From Lytechinus pictus (taxonomy: Eukaryota), in contig NC_087247.1 in assembly GCF_037042905.1 (NCBI RefSeq), forward strand, positions 45,756,001 to 45,820,000: a stretch of DNA of 64,000 nucleotides. Reading direction: 5' to 3'. Both the position numbers and the translations under genes were made by a program. Below are positions 29,358 to 44,035 of the stretch, piece by piece; position 1 is the first letter of the stretch; each line of letters opens with the position of its first letter. The notes beneath the pieces are model-generated. The model did not search any database. It saw only the letters and a list, made by a program, of their open reading frames with translations, and was not told where the DNA came from.

Positions 29358-30102
29358 TACAATAGACAAGTGACCTACCATTGTAAAGCTTAGAATCTCC
29401 TCTTTCATCTGAAACTACTTAGATTAATCCTCATTCACGCATGAGTGAGCAAAAACAATTTGAAGAAAGGATACCATAAACTCATTTGGCGGGGGGTATC
29501 TGAATTTCTAAAAGAAAATCACACGCCTCAAAAGTTCAATATCTGCTCTTTTATTTGATACCTTAATCACAGAAAATGGTCAAGAAGTAAAAAAGTTCTG
29601 TTCCATCGAAACAATGCTTGTATTTCCATAATTTCATTAAATAAACGTGTTTTCACCGGTTTCCCACAGAAGCTATCGCACGGTTAAACAAAAATGCATG
29701 GCTGATCGTCAACAAAACGGAGTGTCGAGTGACTCGGAACGCTAGCCTGTAAAACCTCTTCATTTTATGGAATTCAAGCTTTATTTCAAATAACCAGAAC
29801 TTTGTTATTTTTTGACAATTTTCTGTAATTGAGGTATCAAATTAAAAAGCAGATATTGAACTTTTTTTTAAATGTGGTTTTCTATTTGAAGCCCAGATAC
29901 AGCCCGCCAAGTGACTTTTTGGTATCCCCTCTTCAAATTGTTTTTGCTCACTCATGCGTGAATGAGAAATAATCTAAGTAATTTCAGATGAAAGAGGAGA
30001 TTCTAAGCTTTACAATGGTAGGTCACTTGTCTATTGTATTTGTGATTAAATTATGATAAATCATCGATAAATCTCGGTTTAGTTTTTTTCTGGGACGCAC
30101 TG
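29358..30102. mobile_element. Long-TIR Tc1/mariner-like MITE; left end lost in the gap
   Basis: Inverted arms of >200 bp (tacaatagacaagtgacctacc.. / ..ggtaggtcacttgtctattgta), ending cactg|ta. Confidence 0.75.
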
Positions 30103-30644
30103 TATATATATATTCCTTTACTACTTATTCTCTTTCTTTCTCCCTCTTTTTCTCCTTTCCCTCTTTTTTTGTCCAGCCGATAGGGGGAGGGGCACGTGCC
30201 CCTCGTAGTTAGGCCACTGAATTAAATGAATAGTGTAAATTGTGTGTATATCCTTGGCTCTCTGACCATGACGTATTGTGTAGAATTTGAGATAAAAGCT
30301 CTCGTAACTTTATTTTACATCCGATATTGATCTTGATCAGATTTTCAGTGTCCAAATCTTTTAATCTAGAACTATATCATAATTATCATACTGAATTCAT
30401 AAAACATGATAATTGCTTCCAAGCTTTTTATTTGAGCATAGAAACAAGCAGAGGGTTAGGTATTACTTCACACCATTGCATAAATGATACCACTTATAAA
30501 TATTAGCATAAAAACTTGCTTTGCTTTTGATTCGTCAAGGAACTGTAAGAATCAAACACTGACCATTTATCATGAATAGAATACCGAGATGTAAATCCGG
30601 AATTACCCTTCCGATCAGAGAGATGTCGCTATTGTTTTTTTTTT

Positions 30645-30897
30645 AAATAATATAGCACATATCCACCTTGTTAGGTGCTCAAGGCGCTCCTATATTACCC
30701 GGCTAAGCTAGGCGTTCATAGCGCACACAGCTTCTTGAGGAATAACTTCCTACCGGTACCCATTTACCTCACCTGGGTTGAGTGCAGCACATTGTGGATC
30801 AGTTTCTTGCTGAAGGAAATTACGCCATGGCTGGGATTCGAACCCACGACCCTCTGTTTCAAAGTCCGAAGACGAATCCACTGGGCCACAACGCTCC
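30645..30897 (-). mobile_element. tRNA-derived SINE, same family
   Basis: Reverse complement aligns with 103-393; intact B box gggttcgaatccc. Confidence 0.85.
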
Positions 30898-32251
30898 GCT
30901 TTTAATCAACAAACCCAACTAATGATTGGCGCTCGTGCGAACATAAGCAAAGTGCTATCTAACCCTAGTTACCCTCTTAATAAATATCTTATTTCTATGC
31001 ATTATTATTCAAGCAAATTCCAACAATAATGGCCAGGGAAAATAAAAGAAAAGGGAAAACGACAGAAAGGGCAAATTTTATGCATTTGGCCCTTTTTCAA
31101 GGCCTATAGTCCGTACATAATTAATCCTATAACATTCTCATAATCTTATTATAATAACACTATTTTAACATGGATGAACACCATCACGACATTGGTATTC
31201 GTGCAAATTACACATGTTGCGATTAACTTTTAAATCTACAAAATTGTAATCCCTGATTCGTTTCAAAGTAGTGTTCAAAATATCAATAAAAAATCTCAAA
31301 ACCTTTTGGTAAAGTACCAATAAACCCCGAGTTTTCAGTAAATTAGCACTACAAAATTACCATAAATTACAATGTAAAACAGCTGAAAATATTAAGTGCA
31401 GGAAATTTGAAAAAATAGGCTATAGTGAAATTTGTTTCATGCTATCTTAAATCAATATTAATTTTAAACTTTTCTTTCTCGTTATTGCATAAATTCAAAT
31501 ACAAGAGAGGTTCTTGTTGTTTGTTCCTTTTTCCTGGGTTTATATAGGCGTGACAGGAAGAAAGAGGCTGCGGACGTATAGCAATTGGTTCACACTCCTT
31601 TTGATGCTAATCTTTTGAAAATTTAACAATTTAAAGGGTCTTCATCATGGCCCTGGGAAGCGTACATTTTGGAGTGAAACCCTTTTTTTTGCTTGTCAAA
31701 TTTCTCATGACCAAAATGACCTTCATTTTGTCGTGAAACCTTTTTTTTGCTTGTCAAATTTACATCAGCATCCCCTGTAAAAAATAATGAAAATAAATAA
31801 ATCGGGACACAAAAGATACATACATGTATTCAATCAAAAGTACACATTGAAAGGAAAATATAGGTCGATATTCCATTTCCAGCTGTTGCTGCTTGTCTTT
31901 CATTAGCATTTGGGCAAGTCCTTGCGCGCTACTTGTCCGCCCGATATAGGGTTTGGAAAATAGACTAGGGCAATGTGCGTTAACAGGAGTGATGGCTGGA
32001 CCGCGCCTCGGATGCTAATCTATGTATTCAGACGCATTTTTTTTCAAATATCAGAGCCGAGTGCCTTGGCAAAAGGCTAGTCTTCCATGGGTTAGGGAAC
32101 AAAATGATATTTAATAAGACATTGTTATTGTTTACTACTTCGTCTTTGATATGTACATGTTCATTAAGATTTGAGAGATAGTAACATTTTTCATAATTAT
32201 GATTTAAGAGCAGTCAGTTGCGCAGTAGGCCTACAATACATTTCGGATTAA

Positions 32252-34743
32252 CTACATGCTGCACACATTGTTAATCAGAAGATAGATAAAGTAAGTTACT
32301 GCTACCATAATAACCCCAAATCCACATTTCGTTATGAGTTGAGATGCCTGATCTTTAATGTAACAATGGTATAATATGCTAATCAATGATATTATGAAGA
32401 TTGATACCCCAGCAGTCCCCAAACTACGGTACAGTTTGATAGTCAATACAACCACAAGGAACGTCCCTGCTAAGATTACCATCAATAGTTGCATCAGAAA
32501 CATTCTGAACAATCTGACGTGGCTGGCCCTCTTGGAAGCTTCTGCGGATGCTGACTGCATCTGACACTGTCTCACAAAGTCTTCAAGTTGTGTCCACTCT
32601 GCTTCATCCATGTCCACCTGGTTGTCCAATCTACCACAGACCAATAACTTATGAGGACAATCACCATGCTCATGATCAAAGGTTGAGGATAGTTTGCTCT
32701 GGAAGCTCTTCGTATAAGCACCCTTAATCGTAGCATGATCCTCCAGAGACGAGTCGGATGGTCCCATAGGGAAATCATGAACAATAATACAGACATTAGT
32801 TGCGCCTGCATACAGAATGTAAAAAAGTACAATTTCAACCAGGTTTGACTACTTGAAATAAAATGTAATACAGTATACCAATTCAAAATTATTCATCCAA
32901 GAATGGCTACTTCATCCATCTACCAGTCAAATAGTATACTAGTCAAAGATAAATTCATCGGTACTAATTTTTAGAAACATATAATTCTTTTTTAGAATCC
33001 CACAATTCATATCGATGACTTTTGTAACCGTCAACCTCCATACCCAAATTTATAATCCATCAAACGAGAGATGAAAGAGAAGGAGATCAGGGTACCAAAT
33101 ATAGATGAAAGACTTCTTAATTCGTTAACATACAGAAAACGACGCACATCCCCACACACCCCAACAATTTTTTTGCATTTTTTTTATTACCAGAGTTTTT
33201 CGTGAATGTGAGCAGGAACTTGTCGAATAGAATGTCCACAACATCATCCACTGCTAAGTGACAAGTGCTGACAGAATGACAGACTATTACACCATCAAAT
33301 CCTGAAAGATGATCGAATCCAAGATCATTGTCAGGCAGTTCTATAACGTCTACATTGGTCAGACTTGAAACCTTGGTTATGAAATGTTTTATTTTAGACC
33401 TTACTGACTAACAGACGGCTATGATTGTACCTGGTGCCATGGCGCATCATCTGGACACAGAAAACACAATGAAGATCATTCATTTTGTGGAATTTCGATA
33501 AAAAATCAAATTACTAACAAAAGCTAAGTTTGAATACAATGTTGACCTACAAAATAACAGAAATGCATCTTCTTAAAGCTCACAAAGAAACAAGATTAGA
33601 TTCGATCCGTACAATTGCCTTTTGGTGCATTTATAAATATATACTTATAAAAAATAACACAGGAAAAGATTGTCGAGAATTTGATTTGGAATATTTTTTT
33701 GAAGAAGAAATATGTAAACACGTGTAATGTGATTTTAAATGTTCAATTATGAAATATAATACATTCCCATGGTGGGTTTAAGGATAAAAAAAAAATTACT
33801 AATAAGACATTAAGAATTTAAAAAGGTGTCTACTAGATCCTTTAATTTTGATTTAAAAGTACAACAAAAATCCCCCGGAGTCAGCTCATTGTACGTGTGT
33901 ATAGTTATTTATTCCACGCGTTTAGGCCCATCAATCAGATATGATTATGTACACCCATCTGGGAATGACGCTTAACTTCACCATGCGAAAGACATAACCA
34001 TGGTAACCGGGGCTTGAAAATTGAACCTATATGCAATTCGGTAACCCCTTCCCCCCCATGACGCTTGATTACCCAGTGAAAAAAATCACCCCCACATGCA
34101 ATTAAGTCAATGTCCGATTTTTTTTAACGTATTGATTCACAACAAAGTCGTGTTTTGTTGATATCTTGTTACCTGTCACGTCATGCAACCATAATTTTTT
34201 TACTGAAATTCCTACACGATTATAGATATTTTGATGCATTTGATCAAAACCAGATGAGTGAACAAAAGTGCTATAATAGGTATAGAAATCGAGCAACAGG
34301 TCACATCATTCACGTTCTGGCACATATATATGGATTACAGTCAAAGAATAATTGTCTCATGGCCGCATGTATTATTGTTTACCCAAATATTTCAAACTTT
34401 AATAGATCACACATTTCATATGTGATTCAAATTAAAACTCAGAGTATGAAATACGGATTTTACACCGGTGAAAATGTGAGTGGAATGATCAAATTACGTT
34501 TAAAGTTTATTCTAAAATGAAACAATTCTCATTATGTGAAATATGTAATGAATTCCAATTCACAGTAGATGAGATAAAAATGAGGCTAATTTAACTAGCC
34601 TCATTATTAATAACAACCAATTAGTCAACAAATCGATAACATTGTGTCATAAGCAAAAGTTGAAGTAGGTACAGGTTCCATCATGATGACATTTCTGTAT
34701 TTACAACCTAATATTGATAGAAATATTGTTCTGTACTTACCAT
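32252..34743 (-). pseudogene. Paralogue B of the same family, probably disrupted
   Basis: ATG|gtaagt at 34743-34741. Exon 2 (33450-33191) reads MAPGTIIAVC*SVRSKIKHFITKV..DGVIVCHSVSTCHLAVDDVVDILFDKF, with an in-frame TAG at 33410-33408, and the exon-1 ATG is out of frame with it. Exon 3 (32805-32252) is open: GATNVCIIVHDFPMG.. plus 3 TM segments. Confidence 0.75.
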
Positions 34744-35860
34744 TGATCGTTCGCCAACAATATTCTGTTATCACTGCAGACAACTATGTAGCTGGCCTAC
34801 TAGTATTTTAGCTGTAACAGAGGAAGTAGAATTGTTGTACACGGGATGTGTAGTTGAGTGTAACCTACAATAAAAGCCCCATTTTACATGTTCTACCGAT
34901 TGCATCCATCAAATGCTCTAGTCACAAAAACAAAACCCTTCAATGGCATATGTGTTTGTTTCGTTCATTTTTACCATACAAAATGATATTCACATTTGAC
35001 AAGAAACGAAAGAAATAATCTTAGAAACAAACCATAAACACACACACACACCCACACACCCTCACTACCACATGAGTCTATTTAGATTATATTGCATAAT
35101 TAATCCGTTGAATTATAATGGTTTGAAATGAATCATTCGGAATTCTGTCTTGAGAAAAGAAGCATAAAATTATGCTCCTGTTGCGTTTATGTGAATATGA
35201 TAATGAATGTAAATATATATGCCTACATCGTCAATATAACTAAGATAATTTTCACGTAAGTTAAAATTATGCAGGTTATTTTGAAGTAAAATTATGAAGA
35301 GTATATTGAGAGGAGTAACTCCTTCAGATTATTTTTAAGTGAAAACTAGTTAAGAATTAGTGTATGAAAAGATAAAGAATTTTGAATATCAAGTCCTACT
35401 TGTTTAATCGATGTATGGGCTAAAACACGTTTTGGTGTAAACAAATGGAAATAAAAAGAATGTTCACTTAGAGGTTACGAATACCTCTATCCAAAGTAAA
35501 ATCACCGAAAATGATATTAAGGTGATTCGTGTTTGTTTAAGCGATACGTTAACACACACACAAAACATGTACATTGTAAGAATATGAGTAATTTTGCGTT
35601 GTTTTAGGTATACATGCAGTATAAAGGATCAGTCTAATCAAAATACATAGACCCTGTACAAATTTTTTTTTTTTTACATGCATCAAAACGTGATTATATC
35701 ATACAGTGTTTCCTACAAGGGATATATAATGCTTCTTCCACCACGACCATTATAATTATGTATCTAGGCAACTGAAATATTCAATTCAGTCTATTCTTCT
35801 GCTTGAAAGAATCACGTTCCGATGCATACAGTCTGTCATGACATGACTATGTTTTTTTTA

Positions 35861-36486
35861 TACCTCAGTCGCATTTCCCCTACCATGCCTACGGTGCATG
35901 GCCATACGGCGAGTCGAAAACAGCTGTTTTATTCATTTTTATTCAAACCACCTACATTTAAGATATGAGTGATGTCTGTATCGTACTATGATATAGCGGC
36001 ATTATTTTGGTTATTGTATTAATTTAATTTTTGTTCTGGTTTTTATGAGTGCTTATTTTGAGCCATTTTTTAGTTAAACGAGTTACTAATACCTTGGTCA
36101 CATTAGCTCTACGGCGGCCGTACGGCGAGTCGAAAACAGCCGTTTTAACATTTTATGTACGAGCAATACATATAGGTGGTTTGTATAAAAATGAATAAAA
36201 CAGCTGTTTTCGACTCGCCGTACGGCCGCCGTAGAGCAAATGTGACCGAGGTATTACATACGATGTTAATTGACTCTGCTTTTCAAACATTTTTTTGTGT
36301 TTCCTTAGTTCCAATGTATTATTATTATTATCAATGTAACATTATATTCTGTCAATTTATTTCTTGTCATACATGGCAAAAAAATAAAACAAACAAATAA
36401 TTATGGAGCTGGTTAAACAAAAATGTTAAAACGGCTGATTTCGACTCGCCGTATACTGCTGCCGTAGGGGAAATGTGACTGAGGTT
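35861..36486. mobile_element. Nested pair of related palindromic MITEs
   Basis: Inner copy ~36090-36253 and outer arms at ~35861 and ~36486 share tacggcgagtcgaaaacag / ttcgactcgccgta. Confidence 0.7.
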
Positions 36487-37159
36487 TTATGCTTCTATTG
36501 GAAATATTTAATTCACTGCTTGGGTATGATGTAATTTTAGTTTGTAAACTATACTTTTTCATTGTTTCTCACGCCGTTTACAGCTTACAATGGATATACT
36601 CACTGTATGCAGCCATTATGTGTATAGGCCCTATATGCAAACATGCATTATGTGATTATACCAGCACGCATGCAGTATATCCATTATGGCACCACCCTTT
36701 GGTTGTACATGACATTATGTGCTAATTTATCATCCTTTTCACGAGCCATCCTTATGTTTTCAGAGGTCATGAACTAATTTTGAGAAACTTGTGTTTAATT
36801 TCTAGCTTTTAGAATTTACTTTTTTTATTTTGAATACCAACACAAGTGATCGATCAAGAAAAATAAAAGACTGAAATTTTACGAGATATTCAACAATTGA
36901 CATCTCATTAGAAATTAACAAATTAAAATTATTCTTTGATTCTGTATTGACTCTGACCTCTGAGACACTTCGTGATGTCGATGACCAATTATATCAATAT
37001 ATATATAAATGTATATTTTTATTCGATAGGATCGAAACCTTTATTTTGTATCTTTATTATTACAGTGCCACTGATACTTTGTGTTTAAAAGGTTCCTTCG
37101 CATACAAATCATGGCTGAGGCACTCAGAAATAAGAGTGTTCATTACATTTCGATTATGA

Positions 37160-40100
37160 ATATTCATTATCAGGTTCCGGTTGTAGGATTTCAATTCTCC
37201 AATCATCACCTCCATCATCATTGTCATCATTGTCATCATTTTCATCATCATCATCATAATCACCAACAGCAAATTCGATTTCACATTCATCCTTTATTAG
37301 TTTTTTAAACTTCATCCTCTCTTCATCTCATCACCATTACTACCACCATCTTGCTGTTATGACACAGAAAATTTACACACAAATCACATATCATACCAAT
37401 AATCTTAATTTTTTTGGTAATATCAAATTATCCTCCTGAGTAATGACATGGACATTTTTTCTATTTTCAATACAAACAATATATCATCTGATAATAACTA
37501 TTACTCAACCGAAGATTTTACTTCTAGATTTAGAGACATGGAACATAAATTCAGTTTGCTTCATATTAATGCTCGTAGTTTGAATAAAAATTTTGAGTCA
37601 TTGGAATCATTACTTTTCACTTTAAACAATTTCAAATTTTCCATTATTGGTGTCACGGAAACATGGCTTCACAATACTTCACCTAACATATTCAGTTTGG
37701 AAAACTATAATCTCATTAGGCGTGACCGGGAAGATCAAAGAGGAGGAGGTGTAGCATTTTACATCAGTGAACATTTATAATTCAAAGTAAGGAAAGAAAT
37801 ATCATTAAAACAGAGTGAAACTTTATTCATAGAAATCACGAAGCCAAAAAGCAAAACTATAATTATTGGATTGATTTATAGACCCCCTCATGATAAAGTA
37901 AATTTATTTTGTGAAGACCTTGAAACGTGCTTTCATACTATTAGAAAAGAAGAGAAACAAATATATTTAATGGGTGATTTTAACATCAACCTGTTATCCC
38001 AAAATAATGAACATGATTTATTCCTACACACAATGCATTCATTTGGCGATTATCCCCATATAGATAAACCGACCAGAATTGATAGCCATTCATCAACACT
38101 TATCGACAACATTTTTTCAAATATATTAAACAGAGATATTACCAGCGGATTGTTAATATCTGATATATCGGATAATTTGCCGGTTTTTTCATTTTGCGAT
38201 AATGATATTCCAAAAGAAAATATACTCAAATCGACAATGTATAGAAAATAACATTGAATCGTTTAAAAGGGATCTTGCTATTGAAGAATGGTTGGATGTA
38301 TTTCATGAGTCTAATTTAAACATTGCATACACAAATTTTAACAATAAATTGCAGACATTTTACGAGAAAATTTTTCCTCTGATACCACTGGTCAAAAGAA
38401 CGAAGGCAAAAATGCCATGGATTTCTAAAGCAATTTTAAGATCCATACGTACCCGAAAACAAAAATAAATACAAAACTTACAGAAATAGACTAACCAATA
38501 CAATTCGAGCTTCTCGCAAATTATTTTATTCCGAGAAGCTTTACAAAGTCAAATCAAACATGAAAGCAACATGGGAGATTATAAATGATTTGATTGGCAA
38601 GAAACCCAAAATATTACCCAAAGATAATTTCACAGCTCATGATGTTGCGATAAATTCAGAAGATGTAGCTGATACCTTTAATTCCTTTTTTGTTAACTTA
38701 GGACCCTCATTGGCAAACAAACTTGACAGAACTGATGAAAATTTTGGAAAATTTCTTCCCACACCCATTAACTCTTCTTTATTCTTTAACCCAACAAATG
38801 TTCAGGAATTAATTGAAATAACAAAAAATCTCAAATCAAGCAAATCACAGGGAATTGATAGAATTGGTACTTTCCTTCTTAAGCAGATCATACACTATAT
38901 TGCCTCTCCTTTGTGTCATATTTTTAATCTGTCGATTAGCACCGGAATATGTCCTGATTCCCTAAAAATTGCAAAGGTAAATCCTGTTTTAAAAAAGACA
39001 ATCCGCATGAAATAACAAATTACAGGCCTATTTCTATTCTTCCCAGCATTTCCAAAATATTAGAGAAGATTATTTACAATAGACTTTATAAGTTTCTAGA
39101 TACTTTTCATTTTCTAAATTCTAACCAATATGGATTCAGGAAAGGACATTCGACTGATCAGGCTTTAATACAAATATACGATAAAATCACAAATGCAATG
39201 ACAAAAAAAGAACATATAATAGGCGTATTCATGGACTTAAGCAAAGCCTTTGACACTCTTGACCACCAGATATTACTTAAAAAACTTGAAAATTTTGGAA
39301 TTCGCGGAATTACACTATCTTGGTTTAAGAGTTATTTGTCCAATAGAAAACAATATGTAATTCACAATAATATTCCTTCTGATTTTCAGTTAATACAATG
39401 CGGAGTTCCACAAGGATCAATCCTAGGCCCCTTGCTTTTTTTAAAATATATATCAATGATTTGACTTCTGTAACACCTTTATTATCATATGTATTATTTG
39501 CAGATGACACCAACATTTTTTGTTCACATAATAGCTTAGAAACTTTAGTAGATATAATTAACCGTGAATTACCAAAACTATCTTTGTGGTTTAAGTGTAA
39601 TAAGCTTTCACTCAACATAGATAGAACAAACTTTATATATTTCAAGCATACACACTCACATGATAACGAATTTCCTTACAATATAAACATAGACAATACT
39701 CCTCTCAAAAGGAAAAGAGAAACAAAGTTTTTAGGTGTCACAATAGATGAAAATTTAAATTGGAATGAACATGTACGTTGTATAACTACTAGTATTTCTA
39801 GAAACGTTGGTATACTTTACAAAATGAAAAACATAATTCCACATACAACTCTTGTCATACTCTACAATTCATTAATATTGTCTTATATATCATATTGCAA
39901 CATAGTTTGGGCAACATGTGCAAAAACTAAAATTAATACAATATACTTATTACAGAAAAAAGCAATTCGAATCTGTACTGATTCCCAATATTTATCACAC
40001 ACAAATCCATTATTCCATAAACTAAAGACTCTAACAGTATTTGACATAAATACTCTTCAAAATTTACTACTTATGTTTAATTACGTAAATAACATGCTCC

Positions 40101-40802
40101 CACCTTCATTCCACAATTTTTATACTCTGAATACATCTATTCATTCTTACCCTACCCGTAACTCTTCATATTTCCATTTAATCAACCCTAAATTGCTTAT
40201 TGCGCAGAGATCCATAAGACACCATGGTCCAGATTTGTGGAACTCTCTACCAGAGCCTGTAAAACAATCTTCGTCTCTTCACTCATTTAAGGCAAACGTT
40301 AAATCTATGTTATTATCAGAATATTTGAAGTAAAATTTCTGTGTCATATCCTTTTTATCGTGAATTTATTCCTCCTTCGATTTAGTCATTACCAATATCT
40401 TCATCATGACCACCATCATCTCCATGGCCTTCATCATAATCATCATCATCAACATCATCATATCACCGTCACCCTCAGTTTTATCATCTTCATCTTCATA
40501 CTATAATATTGCATGAAGTCATGTTTCGTATTTGAAAATGTATGCCCATTCTGCTTTATAAATGTATTAATTTATTCAATTAGTATAAGTTTGGGATTGT
40601 AATTTTTTTCAAGCAATCTGTTTATGATGACAATCCTTCTCCTGCAAATTGTGAATATCATATAGTTAATCATTTTTGTCTGAAATTATCTTTTTAATAC
40701 TCTTTATTTATGATTCATGCCAAAAATGCTAGCATATTATGTTATGAAAAATGTATTATACGAATGTTATGGATGCAGAAGAAAACAATAAATCAAATCA
40801 AA
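37160..40802 (+). mobile_element. Non-LTR retrotransposon (CR1/L2-group LINE); near-complete but disrupted APE+RT ORF2 at 37448-40333
   Basis: APE motifs HINARSL, GVTETWL, GGGVAFY, IYRPP, GDFNINLL, PTRI..LIDNIF, SDN (normally SDH). RT motifs DLSKAFD, GVPQGSILGPLLF, YIND, FADDT. A stop at 37778-37780 and several frameshifts. 3' tail aataaatcaaatcaaa. The 5' boundary is approximate. Confidence 0.9.
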
Positions 40803-41502
40803 TATACATACGTACACAATTTCTTCAACATGTTTTATTATCAAAGTAAAATTTAATCCAAAACCGAGTACATAAACTCAAGGTTGATAATTATAACAAA
40901 ATTTACAACTTTTCATTTTGTGTTAACAACAGTCTACAAATTATGTACAAACCACTGAAGCAATTAATGATTGAATGAAATGCGTGAACAAGTATATACT
41001 AAGAAAACTAAACCAAGCTGAGACAAAGATAATTATGGTTCACAATGTTACCATCGCCACTCGTATTCTATTTCGCTTAAAGCTCCCACATGCACACACT
41101 CCCACCCCCACCAACGTACACACGTGCAAACACATACAGGACATTCATTCATTTCTAATAAACATTGGCAGTCTTTCATAAGTTCTAGTTTGGTAACAAC
41201 AGCACAAATAACAGCAACAATAAACAAGATAATTATGATTATAAACTTGTATAATGCCTCATTAAGTTTTCAGTGAATGACTCTTCTTAACCATTCAAAC
41301 CAGAATTTCTAGATTTAGATATATATTATACTGTTTATTGGAAATTACATGGAATGAAAATAAAGTAATATTTAAAAAATGAATTATAATCACAGATTTC
41401 TAAACATACAAATTATTATCTGTTCACCACATGATAATATGCCTATAAATCGATTAGATACTCCATTTAAATTACGTCTTGACGATTTGCATTGTTTGTC
41501 AC

Positions 41503-42894
41503 CTACGTAATCTTGATGGGAAACCCTGAAATGTTGCGACAAGACTGAGGCCACCATTCTTTCCAATCCGGCAGGATTGGTTTGTTGATCTTTCCCGCTC
41601 TTGCTGCTTTTTCGTCATCTAATAGTCTACTGACGACCTGGCACATATTCTGAGGCATAAAAAGCCATGATTCGTTTGTGAATTCGACGGATCCTTGTTT
41701 CTTCCATTCAAAGAACTTATTGTAGAGATTGTCATTCTGATCAAGAATGGTTACATAGTCCGCAAGATCTTGGATCGTTTCGAAGTCCTCGACATGGATG
41801 AATGAATCCGGTGGAACGACTGCCTCGTAGTCCGCTCGAGGAGGTCCAAACACAATAGGGACTAGGTCGTTTTTGAAGGCATTATTCCACAGTTTTTCGG
41901 TGATGTAGTCTCGACAAGCGCAGTTTTCTAAAGCGAGATAGAACTTGAACTGTCGTAGTACACCATTGCATGTTTCGGAGAAGTTATCTACACGTGGAGG
42001 ACAAGCTCCTTGCTCCCCGCACTTGCCGTACATGCCCACGTCAAGATATTTGGATAGCTCTTTGACAAACCCAGTCCTATTCCAATGCAGATAGATGGAC
42101 TGACAGTTAGAGGACAACCATGCGACCTGTCGTTTCCGACCAGCAGCCCAATTCCTTGTTTCGTTTGAACTAATCGATGGTTTACTGGTGTCATAGTAAG
42201 CAAAGCTAGCATATAAGTGGGACTCCCTGAAACGGTATGACATTATGTAATCATAAGCGCTGTTGATATAGTCTTTGGGTGGAAGGACTCCTTTTTGTGT
42301 ATTTAGTGGACTTTCGTGGGAGTAAAATATCAATTTTTGTCCTTTACGTTTATGACTCAATATTTTAGTCCAATTCCAGAGTGTCCTGGGTAAGAGCAAG
42401 ACGGCATCACTATCTTTTAATGTCTCATAATTGGCGTCGATCACCAAATTGATACCGCATGCTAGTCCTGGACAGGGCTCGATTCCACGTTGTCGGTGTT
42501 CAGTTCCCCATATTTGGACTTGTTTAACACAATGAGGTCTAGGAAGAGCTTCACGAATCACAAGTTTGGTGTCAATCAACTTTTGTTGACCACCGTCTTC
42601 TGAAGACCTGGTATTCGGTTGGATCAAAGAGGCCGGTTGGTCTACACAAAATTTGAGCTCAGATTTATACCCTTCTTGTTCCCTTTCATGTGCTCCCCTC
42701 TCTTGCATTATCCTCAAAATATCTCCGTAATCTTGAAGGAGCCTAGTACATTCCTCTTTGCTAACAAGACGAACCTTTGATCGATCACTCCCACTGGAAG
42801 ATCCTCTGATCCAATGGCAATGGTAGGAGATCCAGCAGAATGCTAAGATACCCCAAGATGTAATGACATAGAGTAAGAGACGCTTGGGGGACAT
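41503..42894 (-). CDS. Alpha-1,3/4-fucosyltransferase (CAZy GT10), type II membrane protein, 463 aa, single coding exon
   Basis: N-terminal TM (LLLYVITSWGILAFCWI) and stem, then GT10 motifs: HESP, MSYR, VAWLSSNC, FKFYLALENCACRDYITEKLWNN, VPIVFG, PPDSFIHVEDF, YNKFFEW. Acceptor tttcag| at 42907/42906 just before ATG 42894; candidate 5' UTR donor at 48837/48836. Confidence 0.93.
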   Translation of the reverse strand: MSPKRLLLYVITSWGILAFCWISYHCHWIRGSSSGSDRSKVRLVSKEECTRLLQDYGDILRIMQERGAHEREQEGYKSELKFCVDQPASLIQPNTRSSEDGGQQKLIDTKLVIREALPRPHCVKQVQIWGTEHRQRGIEPCPGLACGINLVIDANYETLKDSDAVLLLPRTLWNWTKILSHKRKGQKLIFYSHESPLNTQKGVLPPKDYINSAYDYIMSYRFRESHLYASFAYYDTSKPSISSNETRNWAAGRKRQVAWLSSNCQSIYLHWNRTGFVKELSKYLDVGMYGKCGEQGACPPRVDNFSETCNGVLRQFKFYLALENCACRDYITEKLWNNAFKNDLVPIVFGPPRADYEAVVPPDSFIHVEDFETIQDLADYVTILDQNDNLYNKFFEWKKQGSVEFTNESWLFMPQNMCQVVSRLLDDEKAARAGKINKPILPDWKEWWPQSCRNISGFPIKIT

Positions 42895-44035
42895 TGTAGA
42901 TAAAACCTGAAAATATAAAAAGTGAAGAGTATAATTCTGGATAAACGCACTAAAAGACTGAAGTTTTTTGGCAAACATCTGTGGTGGCCATGTAATGTCA
43001 GATGGACTCGAACGGGTTGTGTTTTCAATACAACCTCAAAACACTATAACGACCAAAAAAATATTCTAAGATGTCATTTTTAAAGATGTTAAAGCATTCG
43101 TTCCTATTTGATATTACTTCTTTAAAGTTCAATTTGTTGCCATTTATCTTGATACCTATAATGCTATCCCAAAATCGCTTTAATTTATTCATTTTTTTCT
43201 ACTAACAGATTACATAAATATAACTAATGTAAAAAATAAGCCCTTTTGTAATGTAGACCTATAATCTTTGATTATGTTGAGTGAATGAGCATTGCCTTGA
43301 AAAAAGGCAAATTAACTCATATTCAATGGCGAGGGGAGGCATGTTACTCCCAAAGTCTCTGTCGAGTGTCGAACATATTTTTTTTAGTCCATACCTAAAA
43401 GGACATACGTGACTGTATTTTCAATGTACGTTGGACTTCTGTTCTGTATGAAATTGATTTCGAAAAATTATCTGTACATATTTTAAAGATCTTCACTTTG
43501 GTCACTTCGTCGTACACATAATGATTAACTACCACATAAATCTTGAAAGAGATGGAACATGTAAATGTTTATACTCTTAGTGCATCTGCAGCATGAGGTA
43601 GCTATGAACTACGAAACACTTTGACCTCTCGCAATTCTTGAACAGTGACGCCCCTGACCTTTAAACTGTATTATTGGCAGACATTCAAGGGCCACAAGCA
43701 CCAGACATTTTAAACAAGTTACTCCAATTTACACTTTCATGAAAGGGGAATGGGAAAAGAAGGGCCTGTTAATGATATAAAGGCACTAAATCTATTCCAA
43801 CACCTTGCACTCCAAATAAATATAACAGTTTCTGATACCTTATTGTTTCTAATGTTTAATAGGTTTTTTTCGTTGTACACATTGTGGCGAATTTCTTCTT
43901 CTTTTGTGACGGGGATGAAAATAAAATCCTCAACAGCGCAGTTCCAACCGCTTGCCTTACATTTCAGAGAATTTGAGAGATTTAAATAGGTGTCACGAGT
44001 TTGTATTTGTTGTATACTATCAACATTCTCAATAT

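Noticed and set aside
37060-37308. His-rich/Met-rich ORFs
   Set aside because: Translation of a (cat)n low-complexity stretch at the LINE 5' side.
42895-42978. Longer N-terminus for the fucosyltransferase as given in the ORF track
   Set aside because: It crosses a clear splice acceptor at 42907; the real start is most likely ATG 42894.
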